Part shown: piece by piece, positions 1-10,234 of the stretch
Numbering within the stretch: position 1 is the first letter of the stretch
Layout: every line of letters starts with the position of its first letter
From: Marsupella aquatica
Taxonomy: Eukaryota; Plantae; Marchantiophyta
Assembly (NCBI GenBank): GCA_973895155.1
Contig: OZ316893.1
Location: 17,825,836 to 17,889,835, forward strand
Direction: 5' to 3'
DNA: 64,000 nucleotides
Program-made: the position numbers and the translations under genes
The notes under the pieces: model-generated
What the model was told of the DNA's origin: nothing
The model's database searches: none
The model's input: the letters and a program-made list of their open reading frames with translations, nothing else

Positions 1-85
1 CTTCCTAACCAAATTCCCTCGCAACTTGTCAAACACTTGCGAGTTAAAAATTGTCGCAGACGCTTCGCATTATGCCGCACGGTCC

Positions 86-452
86 TGTTGAGCATAGACG
101 ACGATCGCAACGGCAAGCCCATGAACCATCCAACGCACAATAGTCGACACAAGAGATACGTGGTTCACCTCCTTGAGGCTACGTCCACGGGAACACACAA
201 GAGAGCTTTACTGAACTCTAAGCCCGTCGGCTATACCGAGTCTCCACAGTGTAAGCTCTCCCTATCTCTCAAGTGGCTCCATAACAATGAGCCTTGGTTC
301 TACCTCTCCAAGCACACATGCCTCTTATGATATAGTGTGCAACTTAGTTGTACCTAACCACATAGTTGTACCTAACCACATAGTTGTACCTAATCACGTT
401 GTTGTACCAACCACGTCATACCTAACCTAGACGTAAGAGTAAATACCCAACA
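86..452 (-). repeat. Copia 3' LTR (367 bp) with 4 copies of an 18-bp unit
   Basis: Reads TGTTGAGCATAG...TACCCAACA and is nearly identical to 5118-5556. The unit gttgtacctaaccacata occupies ~347-417. Confidence 0.97.
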
Positions 453-467
453 ATCTTCCCCTTGACT
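453..467 (-). promoter_or_regulatory. Polypurine tract of the Copia element
   Basis: Minus strand reads gagtcaaggggaagat directly before the 3' LTR. Confidence 0.85.
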
Positions 468-643
468 CTGGTCTAGGGGAGAGTAATACTGCCAATGTAT
501 ATGATCCCTCAGCGGGAAGTTCTGGACAGAAACCAAACCGGTTTCCCTCTCTAACTAGAGCAAACCAGAACTAAGCCGTAGCCTAATACATAGGAATGAG
601 GAAGAGCATATATCAGTAATTACAATGAATGTTTAAGAAAACT

Positions 644-1203
644 CTACTTGTGATGCAATTGCAAAACCTGCAATACGTCACGGTGTCTAGAGAAACTCTC
701 CAAAGGAATCACTTTGGTAAATGCGTCAGCCGGGTTGAGTTTACCATCAATCTTGACTAGCTCAAACAAATTATCAGACACAGCCTGCCTGATAAAATGG
801 TACCTGACGTCAATGTGCTTCACTCTGCTGTCCATCACCTGGTTCACAGCAAGGTGGAGCGCACTTTGACTATCACAATGGAGCTTCACATTCCCCTGTG
901 GCAATCCCATTTCAGTGATAAGTCTATCCAACCAAATCGCTTCCTTTGCTGCTTCCGCAGCTGCAACATACTCCGCTTCTGTAGTAGACTGAGCAATACA
1001 CTTCTGCAAAATAGACCTCCAACTTATGCATCCACCGCCAAGTGTGAACACGTATCCTGTTGTTGATCTCCTTCGGTCCAATCTTGTCCATAGTCAGAAT
1101 CTACATAGCCAATCAATGATCTAGCATTCTTTGCATTCGCATCAAATAAAAGACCATGATCCACGGTACCCTTCAAGTACCTGATAATCCACTTCACTGC
1201 TTC
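644..1203 (-). pseudogene. Copia RT C-terminal tail plus RNase H
   Basis: EAVKWIIRYLKGT...GYVDSDYGQDLDRRRSTTGY...STTEAEY...CDSQSA...KHIDVRYHFIR...NPADAFTK. It is out of frame with the upstream pol. Confidence 0.93.
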
Positions 1204-2927
1204 TCCTTTGAAGCACTTGCCTCATGAAATGAAGAAGGTTCTCCTTCTTCCAAAATTAACGCATCACCCTCATCATCAGCTGTAAAATCATCCTCTTGCA
1301 GTTGAGATGAATCAACCCACTGTCCATACCTTGGTGGAGCGCGTACAGTGCGACCAGATGTTCTTCTAGCCGATGACTCCGGTTGATCTGCGTGTGCTGG
1401 TACAATTTGAAGCTCAACAGCATCCACTTGCTGTTCACCAGCATCAACAAACTCCTCTGGTTCCTTTGGCACAGGAACCAGCTCCATAATTGGAGCAACT
1501 CCTTCTCTCCGGTCATGCACCTCATAACCAATCTCCCCCTCAACGAGATCCGGGATAGGAGATTTTCCTTTGTCAGTACGGGAGACCTGAGTATTCTCCC
1601 CCTCCTTCAATAATCTGGATTCATTGAAGGAAACATCCCTACTGACAACGAGCTTACAGGCAATAGGATCCCATAGCCTATAGGCTTTCACACCACTCTG
1701 GTACCCAAGAAAAACACATTTCCTGGAGGTAGGATCCAACTTGGTCCTATTCTGCTTTGGTGTGAGAGCATATGCATCACTTCCAAAAATTACCAAGCCA
1801 TGATAGTCTGCTTGCCGCTTATAGCGCATCTCAAACGGCGTTTTGAAATTGATAGCACTAGAAGGAGAAAGATTTACCAAATAAGCTGCGGTATTGACAG
1901 CTTCTGCCCAAAATTCTTGTGGTAAACCTGATTGGCTCAACATACTCCGTGACCGCTCCAACAGTGTCCGATTGAGCCTCTCAGCGACACCATTCTGCTG
2001 CGGAGTATAAACTGTGGTGAGATGGCGAGTTATCCCCTGTTCTGAACAGTACTCTTCAAATTCCATTGAAGTGTACTCCCCGCCGTTGTCTGACCTCAGA
2101 CTCTTCACCCTTGTATCCAAACACTTGATCGTGTTTCCAGTCTGATTCTCCACCTGGGCCTTCCACTTCTTAAAAATGGACAAGACATCAGACTTATGCG
2201 TCATGAAATAAATCCACACAAATCTTGAGTAATCATCAATAAATGATACATAGTACAACTTTCCAGAGTGTGAGGGAGTCGGGGATGGACCCCACACGTC
2301 ACTATGTATGTACTCAAGAACCGCTTTGGAACGATGAGTTCCAATACCAAAAGCACGATGATGCTGCTTTCCAAGAATGCAATGCTCACAAAACTCTAAT
2401 TTACAAGATTGCAAATCAGAAATGAGTCCATTCTTCCGTAAGATAGCCAAACCCTTCTCACTCATGTGGCCTAGCCGTGAATGCCACAGTTGAGTCATCT
2501 CCTCGTGAGACTTGGTTACATTGGCCTCTCCACATACAGTATTGCCCTGTAACACATACAAATTCTTTTGTCTACTCCCCTTCAAAATCACTGTCTCTCC
2601 CGACCTGACTTGAAGTTCACCATCAATAACGCTCCATTGATGACCATTTGAATCCAACACACCGAGTGAAATCAGATTCTTACGCATGCCAGGTACATAC
2701 CTGACTCCGGACACTGTGCGCACAGCGCCATCAAACATTTGAATCTTCACAGACCCAATTCCCTCAATTTGACAGGAGTGATCATTTCCCATCAGAACTG
2801 AACCGTTTGAAACAGAGTAAGAACTGAAAAACTCACGAATGTAACAAATATGAAAAGAGCAAGCACAATCAAGAATCCACACATCATCTGCTCTCCTAGA
2901 TGACGTGCACAGGGCATACCCCCGGCT
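1194..2927 (-). pseudogene. Copia pol: protease, GAG-pre-integrase and integrase, truncated before RT
   Basis: Protease-like WILDCACSFH, LWHSRLGH...CEHC, IHSDVWGP, LRSDNGGEY and QQNGVAER. The frame ends at EPSSFHEA-SKEKQ, where RT would normally begin. Confidence 0.93.
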
Positions 2928-3785
2928 TCATAAAACATACTCATCATTGAGTAAATCAGCTTCTCCATCAGTCCTAGCCACATTTGCCGATGAAGTTTCC
3001 GCTACCTTTCCCTTACAGTCTCGCTTGAAGTGTCCAACTTGGTTGCACTTCCAACATGTCACCTGCCTCCTCTGAGGGGATTTACCCTTGGACTTAGATC
3101 TGGATTTAGATCTAAACTGGGTTCTACGGTCCCCAGTTGGTCGCTGCATACTCCTCCCACGGTTAACATTGAGGGCAGCACCAAATGATGAAGGCTGTGA
3201 CGTGATGTGCATCTTCTGCTGAAGATCATCACTAAGCAGAGAACTTACCACGTCATTGTATGAAATGTTATCCCTATCACGATGCAACAACACTCGTGAT
3301 AGGGACTAGTAAGATGGAGGCAATGAACTAAGAAGCTGCAGAGCCTTCGTCTCATCATTCAAAGTCTCCCCAAGGTTTTCCAAGTCAACGACCATGTCGT
3401 TGAAAGCATCCACATGGTCTTGCAACTTCGTACCAGATTCCTTCATCCTGAAACTCATCAGTTTGTAGGAAGTGTAGAGCCGGTTCGACAACTCCTTGCG
3501 GTGATACTTGCTCTGCAATTCCGCAAACAAGGACATGCAATCCTTATGTGCACCCAACTGCTTGATGATGGGAGGCATGAGATAGAGTGTAACACACCAC
3601 ACTCCCTGCTCCTGCATGCGGTCCCATTGTTTCTCATCAACATCGTCTTCACGAGGGCTCAGCAGTTGGCCCATCCCTGACGCATAAAGCACTCCCTTCA
3701 CCTGCTTCTCCCATAGCAAGTAGTCAGAGCGCCCATCATACTTTGTCACTTCATACTTGGGTCCCCCAAGCTTGAAAGTCCCCAT
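2928..3785 (-). pseudogene. Copia gag with CCHC zinc knuckle
   Basis: KYDGRSDYLLW...LLSSLPPSY*SL...CWKCNQVGHFKRDC, with an in-frame TAG at 3306-3308 and an in-frame TGA at 2928-2930. Confidence 0.9.
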
Positions 3786-5103
3786 CTTCTTCTTTACCGT
3801 GAGCTCCAGTAGTAGTACTGCTTCCTCCACCACACGCCGCACCGGTGATGGTATTGGTGTCACGTGCTCTTCCTCCTGCTCCTCTCTCTGCCCCTGAAAC
3901 CTCCGCGGTGATCCTCATGCTTCAAGTTCCACGTCTTCGAAAAACTTCTCCGAATCACTCATATGAGAAAGTCACAAAAAATGTTATTTTTCACAACTTC
4001 TCAAAAAACTCGAAACTCAACACCGCCGCGTAGCCCACAAAGCTAGGAGTCCAATACTGAAAACCGAAATCAAAATTGAAATTTGACGGAAAAGTTATTC
4101 AAATTTCGGTCGAGGTGGGTAAAACCTTGGAAAACTCCCCCGTTTTGACCACCTCAGGGAATAACCGAAATACCAAGTACAACCCGTTGTCGGAATTGCG
4201 ATGTGATTGGTGCGCTGCATTGCCAACTTCAATGGCTACGACCTCGCCGAAAAATAACCAAAAAAGTTACCGTTCGGCGGATGAAATCTTTGTCGGACGG
4301 TCAAAAAATAGCTCTCTGGTTTTTTTGGAATATTCTATGACCCTTGTACAGGCCCTGTGGGAATTTTGGAAGAACAATCGAGGGGCTGACATGTGTCCTC
4401 GAACCCCCAAAACCCCCTACCACCCTTCGTCGTCGAAATCTGGTCGCGCGCGCAGAAAATACACACGGCAGAATGTACCCCTCGACACCAAACGCAAGAT
4501 ATCTCACTCGGGTTTTGACGAAATCAAGATCCGATTTCAGATTTGGAAACTAGACTCCGAGGCGATGAAGATCGATATAAGAAGCACCCAAAACAAGGAA
4601 AGAACGAGGGAGAAAAAAATTGGTAAAGATGACAGATTTCTCTCAATTGCCATAGCCAATTTCGAATCAGTTTTTCAAAGAGAAAAAAATGGTACCTTGT
4701 CAACAACGAATGTTGATCAATTGCACTTGGTGCCGTCACCAAGTCCAACAAGGTAATTGATTTTGCTTAGCCTTCCTCTTTGCATCAAAGAGCCAATCCC
4801 GGACTCAAAAACAATCGTCTTGCCTCAATCTCTCCGTTGAGTCAAAACACTTGACGCTTCTCCCTCCGAGTCGATTGCCAACTTTCTTCACAAAATCCAG
4901 AATGACGAAAACTTAGATCTCTCTGCACCACGAGCTCCGTTCAACGATTTCTTCACACCGTTAGAAAGCTCTTGCCCTGATCTATCCGTTGAGCCCATAA
5001 ACTCCAAGTTCCATGCGATGGAACTCTGGAAAATCCACCAACACTCAACGCTGGAAAAACCGTCATGAAATCCCGTCACGAACACACGTCACCTCCCAAG
5101 CAT

Positions 5104-5115
5104 GCTCTGATACCA
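5104..5115 (-). promoter_or_regulatory. Primer binding site (tRNA-iMet)
   Basis: Minus strand TGGTATCAGAGC lies 2 nt inside the 5' LTR. Confidence 0.95.
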
Positions 5116-5117
5116 AT

Positions 5118-5556
5118 TGTTGAGCATAGACGACGATCGCAACGGCAAGCCCATGAACCATCCAACGCACAATAGTCGACACAAGAGATACGTGGTTCAC
5201 CTCCTTGAGGCTACGTCCACGGGAACACACAAGAGAGCTTTACTGAACTCTAAGCCCGTCGGCTATACCGAGTCTTCACAGTGTAAGCTCTCCCTATCTC
5301 TCAAGTGGCTCCATAACAATGAGCCTTGGTTCTACCTCTCCAAGCACACATGCCTCTTATGATATAGTGTGCAACTTAGTTGTACCTAACCACATAGTTG
5401 TACCTAACCACATAGTTGTACCTAATCACGTAGTTGTACCTAACCACATAGTTGTACCTAATCACGTAGTTGTACCTAACCACGTAGTTGTACCAACCCA
5501 CGTTGTTGTACCAACCACGTCATACCTAACCTAGACGTAAGAGTAAATACCCAACA
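5118..5556 (-). repeat. Copia 5' LTR (439 bp) with 8 copies of the 18-bp unit
   Basis: It is 72 bp (4 x 18) longer than the other LTR. Outside the array I saw only one substitution (tctcca/tcttca). Confidence 0.97.
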
Positions 5557-6354
5557 GGTCCTTTGTTACCGACATTGGTTTTTGTGAAGCTGGAAGGTTC
5601 GCTACGTGTTTGTGATGGGAATGGGTTTGATATTTGCGATGTCATGAGGTTGGCAACTAGCGAGCCTTATAAGATCAGTCTTATGCAAAATAAATTTGGT
5701 GGGGACTTCCGATCTAAATTGGATCGGAACTTGTGAGTTGGTTTAGGCCAGAAGTTGTGAACCGTTTGACTTCGCAACTTGTGATGTTACTTGGTTCTAT
5801 AATAGCGATCCGAGTCATTTCAGTATTTCCTAGTTATCCAAGTTCCCAATGGGTTTGCACTTTCATGGGAACACGACTTTCAATCAATGTTTTGCGAGGG
5901 ATTTCTCTTGGCAGTGGACCCAATGTGGAAGGCAAATGTTTTTTATAAGATCCATGCAAGTATATAGGTTGATATACCAAAATGTTAGGGCTTGTGTGAC
6001 GGGTACCCCGTCACGGGAAGTCACACATAACTGGTTGCAAAGGCCGATACCTTGTTAATAGTCAATGTAAATAAGCCATTTTTTAATTTTTAGTTAATTC
6101 CGTCATTATAGGTTGATGATGCCCCAGGTGACTTTATATTCTTTCTCTCATAATAGTTCTAAGATTTGCGGCGACCTAAGTGGGCAAATATTTTGGGACC
6201 TTGAAACTAGCCAGGACCAGCCCCATAGGACTTACCGTTTTGCTTCAAGAGCTATTGTTGAGACCCCCATTGCAAAGTCAGGAGAGGGGGGGGTTTTTTT
6301 TTAAATAAATCCCTCCTCAGGAGGGCGAGTCCCATTAGTGGTCGTCCGAGAGAA

Positions 6355-6590
6355 AGAGGGGCTGCCTCGCGAGCCCATAGGGCTGCGTGCCCGGGCGATT
6401 AATGGGGCTCCGCGAGCTGAAGGGGCTGCCTCGCGAGCCCATAGGGCTGCGTGCCCGGGCAATTAATGAGGCTCCGCGAGCTGAAGGAGCGCAAGCGAGC
6501 GGGGGGGGGGGAGTTAAAGGGCCTCCCGCGAGCTGGGAGGATCACGCGAGCGGGGGGGAGTTGAAGGGCCTCCCGCGAGCCGGGAGGAAT
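6355..6590 (+). repeat. GC-rich tandem repeats in the LTR (two ~65-bp units, then ~47-bp units)
   Basis: ggggctgcctcgcgagcccatagggctgcgtgcccgggc occurs twice, followed by gcctcccgcgagctgggaggatcacgcgagcgggggggagttaaagg units. The 3' LTR has more copies (~16960-17280). Confidence 0.9.
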
Positions 6591-7011
6591 GGCCGCGCGC
6601 CCTGCATAGGGCCGCGCGCAGGAGGACGCAAGGGTAAGGCCCGAGAAATGGGCCGGGGCGCATGGCGAAGGCGCCAGGAGTTTTTTCGGTTCTATTTTTT
6701 TTTCCTTCCTTTTTCTTTCCCTCTTCCTTTTGCACGACCCTCTCATTGCCGAAAGCAAAAACGGGGTTCTTCTCTCTCTTGCCGGAAGCTCTCTCCAGAT
6801 TCTAATTATTTTTGAAGCTCTCTCTTTCATGGTGGATTAGTGGGGCTTGCTGGCGTCATTCTTCCAGGCATTAGTGGCGGCCGCACGGAGTAGTGACGGG
6901 AAATTGAGAGAATTTAAGTGATCGGGCTACGGGGGCTGTTTCGGGCCAGGGAATTGACATTGCCACGGGTGACGGGATTGGTGATTGAGAAATTGATTTC
7001 GGGATGCATGG

Positions 7012-8868
7012 ATGCTAGATCAACCAGAGTTTAGTGCGTCACGCATTCGGAGATACAAGGCTGCTTACCGTGACTACGTGGAGACTCGGATTACACGGGA
7101 AAGGGAAGAGAGAGAAGTTATGATGAGCACGGGATTGGCAGCGGGTTCCTCACCGGTGGGTAGGAAGATTTTTCGTCGAATTTATCCCAAGACCTCCACC
7201 AAGGTGATGGAGGATTGTCGGAACATTTTCCAAGCCACCGGGCTTACAGAATTCATGAAGGTGGAGATTACCATCCCTTCAGGGAAGAGCTGGGACATTG
7301 AGGCCGGGATGGAGTTCCGAACGGAGGGAATCTACTTTGAATGTCTCAAACGTGTAGTGCCCCATGTGGAGTTGGCTAAGCTATTGTTTCTTGAGAATCA
7401 GAAATTCTCATTCACACCTCGGAATATCAGGGGAGAACTCACGTTGAAAATGGTGGCCACTTGGGTGACCAATCCTACCTCCACCACCGCCATCCCTCTT
7501 TCTGCTGTCAAGGATGTTGAGTATAAGGGCTTCCTGGCCAAGGTGCATCAACGGGTTCTTGGCAACGTGCAATCCGGAGTGCTGAATGAGGAGCATTTCG
7601 TGGTAGCTATGGACATCAAGAACTACCCAGCCCATGTGTACGGATGGTGGTGCTACGGATTGAAGAAGCTATTGGCCGCTGAGCCCGGGAGTGTGAAACC
7701 AGGTGGGGCTGTACATTTGATGGGGTCATTTGTATTGGCCAGGGCAGAAGGGTTGATTGGTTCTCCGGGGCATGAAGACACGGGATCATCTCTCACCACG
7801 GAGATCCGGAGTATTGCCACTACCGTTTTAGGGAAGCTCACGGAGGAATCATTGTCTGCTGGTGGGGAGGATAATAGAGAAGAAGAGAACCAGGAGGATG
7901 ATTGCACATTGGAGTGGCTTGAATCACTCGTGGGAGATCCGAAACAGCCTCTGGAATACAACATTCCGGATGTTTACTTGGCAGAGCTACGGGATTTCAG
8001 AGAGGGAGTCCACGAGGGACTCAAGCTAGTCCACGCATTGAGGGAGTCTCTCAAGCACGCCACAGTCAAAGTAGAGACGTTAGAGCAGAGCATCCTGTCA
8101 CTGAAGGAGGTGATCAAGACCAAGGAGCAGACCATTCATGAGAAGGTCAGGCACATCAATGCAGCTCACGTAGAGATCACCAACTTGAAGGGAGCTTTGT
8201 CCACCAAGGCCAAGGAAGCAGAAGAAGTAGGAGCGTTGAGGCAAGCATTGGCCAAAGAGAAGCAAAATTCTGGAGAAGTGATGGAGTGGAGGAACCAGGT
8301 GGGAGCACTACGGAGTCAGGTGGCAGCCTTTGAGACACGAGCGAAGAGAAGTGAGGCCCTGAGTCTAGGGAAACGGAAGAGTCCCGGCACACCTGGCTCC
8401 ACACTTTCCCCGGATGTGATCTCCCAAGCTATCGAGATGGTGGTGAAGGAGGTTAGTGGGAAGTATGGACCCTTGTTGGATGGAGCCAAGAAGAGTCAGG
8501 AGAAGAGTAAGAGCTTGGAGAAGAAGCTCCGGGAGGTACGGAAATCGTTACGGGAGGCTCAGGTCAGTACGGGGATGCCACCCAGGTCTGTCACCCCCGG
8601 GACTCCCATGGCCACGGGGCAAGTTCTACCGTTGGAGTTGCGGTCCGGAGAAGAGGCTACCCTCTGGAAGGACACAATTGGTGAGGGGTACATCAAGGCG
8701 TGGCAGGCCTTGGCTGCTTTGAGGAAGCGCGGGAGCAGCAGCACTAAGAGTACTCCGTCGAAGAAGAAGAAAAGTACGGTGGCACTCACTCCCGTGAGTG
8801 ATGAGGAGGAGGACCACTCACGGGGCACAAGTCCGGGCACCGAGAGCGAAGAAGAAGAGGAGGATTAG
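7012..8868 (+). CDS. LTR-encoded 618-aa protein of unknown function (central coiled coil, basic NLS-like patch, acidic tail)
   Basis: Uninterrupted ATG-TAG ORF wholly inside the LTR, with heptad-rich segments (~aa 325-445 and 490-520), PSKKKK and a C-terminal ESEEEEED. Confidence 0.8.
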   Translation: MLDQPEFSASRIRRYKAAYRDYVETRITREREEREVMMSTGLAAGSSPVGRKIFRRIYPKTSTKVMEDCRNIFQATGLTEFMKVEITIPSGKSWDIEAGMEFRTEGIYFECLKRVVPHVELAKLLFLENQKFSFTPRNIRGELTLKMVATWVTNPTSTTAIPLSAVKDVEYKGFLAKVHQRVLGNVQSGVLNEEHFVVAMDIKNYPAHVYGWWCYGLKKLLAAEPGSVKPGGAVHLMGSFVLARAEGLIGSPGHEDTGSSLTTEIRSIATTVLGKLTEESLSAGGEDNREEENQEDDCTLEWLESLVGDPKQPLEYNIPDVYLAELRDFREGVHEGLKLVHALRESLKHATVKVETLEQSILSLKEVIKTKEQTIHEKVRHINAAHVEITNLKGALSTKAKEAEEVGALRQALAKEKQNSGEVMEWRNQVGALRSQVAAFETRAKRSEALSLGKRKSPGTPGSTLSPDVISQAIEMVVKEVSGKYGPLLDGAKKSQEKSKSLEKKLREVRKSLREAQVSTGMPPRSVTPGTPMATGQVLPLELRSGEEATLWKDTIGEGYIKAWQALAALRKRGSSSTKSTPSKKKKSTVALTPVSDEEEDHSRGTSPGTESEEEEED

Positions 8869-9999
8869 ATAGGCGTACGGACGTGGGTGTACGGCCTCCA
8901 GATTTCCAACATTTTAGTGGGGGGTCACTCATGGGCTTGTTGGGATGAGCTCGCGGAGCTGATTCCAACAAGAGGCGGCGCTCCTCAAACGGAGCCAGGA
9001 TGAGCAAGTTATGGCCTGGAGAACTTATGTTTTTGCGGTACGGAAACGGCCATAACTCAGGCGTCTGAAGTCCGTTGAGGGAGCGACTTAGTGATTCGGA
9101 AGCAGGAAAAGAAGAGCTATCCAGGGGTGAGCTCAGGTGTGCACTTGGAAGGGCACCTAGTTTCGGCCATTTTGGGGTGCCTCTCACTTTCAGGGTTCAC
9201 GTGTACTGTTGGGGCGCCGTCGAAGGCACCGTCGGCCCCCTTGTTTTGGGTTTAGGGTTTTAGCAGCATGTGTGTGCCGCATGCTCCTCTTCAGTTTAAG
9301 GATTTCTCTTAGTGCAAGGTTTTAGCGGCGCCGCTAGGGTAGCCGCCACCGTTGTGACCCTGTGAGGGGTGCTTTGGTGTGATTTTTCAGTATTTAGGGG
9401 GATAGCCCCGAAGTAGTTAGGGGGACTCAGTGTGAAGTTAGCAAGGAGGGATAGAGTGGAGCCTGAGGAGTTTGAAAGCGTGTTCAGAGTAGTGAGGGGG
9501 AGCCATACTCATTGTCCGGAGAGGCAGGAGTTGAGTAGACGGCAGGAGGCCGGGTTACTCATGCAATGTGTATCGTTTTTCCCAAGAGATATGGATCTGT
9601 ACATTTGACTTGATGGGCTTTTGTTGTGTGTTCCTTCTCCCTTTTTCGCTTTCCGAATTGTGTTCTCCCGTTCTATGATTTGAAGAAACTTGCTTGGTTT
9701 GAGTCGGCCTTGTGAGTAGGGGTGGTGACAGCACTCTTTGGGTGACTCCGAGTGAAGGTGTAGTGGGGTAGTCGGCAGGACTTGATCAAAAGCTGTGGGG
9801 TGAGGGTAGTCGGTAGACTTGATCAAAACCTACATTTCCGGGAGCGGAAACCAAAATACTCATCCTGGTGTGAAAAGAATCCAAATAGCGTCCCTCCACG
9901 ACCCCGTAATACGATACCAACGGTTTAAGCGAAGAAAAGTGCGGTTTGCACGTATTAACCGTTGGAGAGGCAAGTGACATAAGTGTGGTCTTTTGTTTT

Positions 10000-10017
10000 T
10001 GGCGCCGCTGCCGGGGA
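10000..10017 (+). promoter_or_regulatory. Primer binding site (tRNA-Asp type)
   Basis: TGGCGCCGCTGCCGGGGA, as in Athila-like elements, located 20 nt after the LTR-terminal CA. Confidence 0.8.
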
Positions 10018-10234
10018 ATCCTTCTTCTTGTTTGACGACACGAAGGAGGGGAGCTACGTCTATTGGGAGTTCAAACCTATCAACCACAACGCAACTTGCG
10101 ACGGTTGATACGTGAGAAGTTTGTTGGTTACTTTGTTATTGTACGTCAACCACAACGCATCGTGCGACGGTTGATGTTTACAAATATTGCTTTCTGAGAC
10201 ATTGGTGTAAGTTTGGAATGCAGGTCTCAATGGG

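Larger units (their letters stand above)
86..5556 (-). mobile_element. Ty1/Copia LTR retrotransposon, non-autonomous (RT deleted)
   Basis: TG...CA LTRs at 86-452 and 5118-5556, 5-bp TSD GGTCC (81-85 and 5557-5561), tRNA-iMet PBS, PPT, and gag-PR-INT-RNaseH order on the minus strand. Confidence 0.97.
1..5916. mobile_element. Probable right-hand subterminal region and terminus of a CACTG-type EnSpm/CACTA element, interrupted by the Copia insertion
   Basis: The segment ends ...ttgcgagggatttctcttggCAGTG at 5916 (reverse complement CACTGccaagagaaatccctcgcaa). The ccctcgcaa/tcgca motif recurs at 16-70 and 5620-5780. The other end is outside the window, so no TSD check is possible. Confidence 0.4.
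5995..9979 (+). repeat. Gypsy 5' LTR (3985 bp)
   Basis: Identity with 16598-20670 starts at TGTGACGGG and ends at CAAGTGACA. Confidence 0.93.

Noticed and set aside
37-330. 97-aa ORF and its twin at 5117-5362
   Set aside because: A chance frame across the Copia LTR with a non-ATG start.
4076-4756. 226-aa antisense ORF in the Copia 5' leader
   Set aside because: TTG start, no recognisable motif and no second copy to test conservation.
5319-5534. ORF with VVPNH repeats and a superficially CRISPR-like array
   Set aside because: It is the translation of the 18-bp LTR minisatellite. The units are contiguous with no spacers and there are no cas genes.
6387-6830. Overlapping Arg/Gly/Pro-rich ORFs in the Gypsy LTR
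   Set aside because: They arise from GC-rich repeats, and the frames differ between the two LTRs.
9243-9263. Telomere-like tttaggg motifs (also near 44478)
   Set aside because: Only one or two units, so not a telomeric array.
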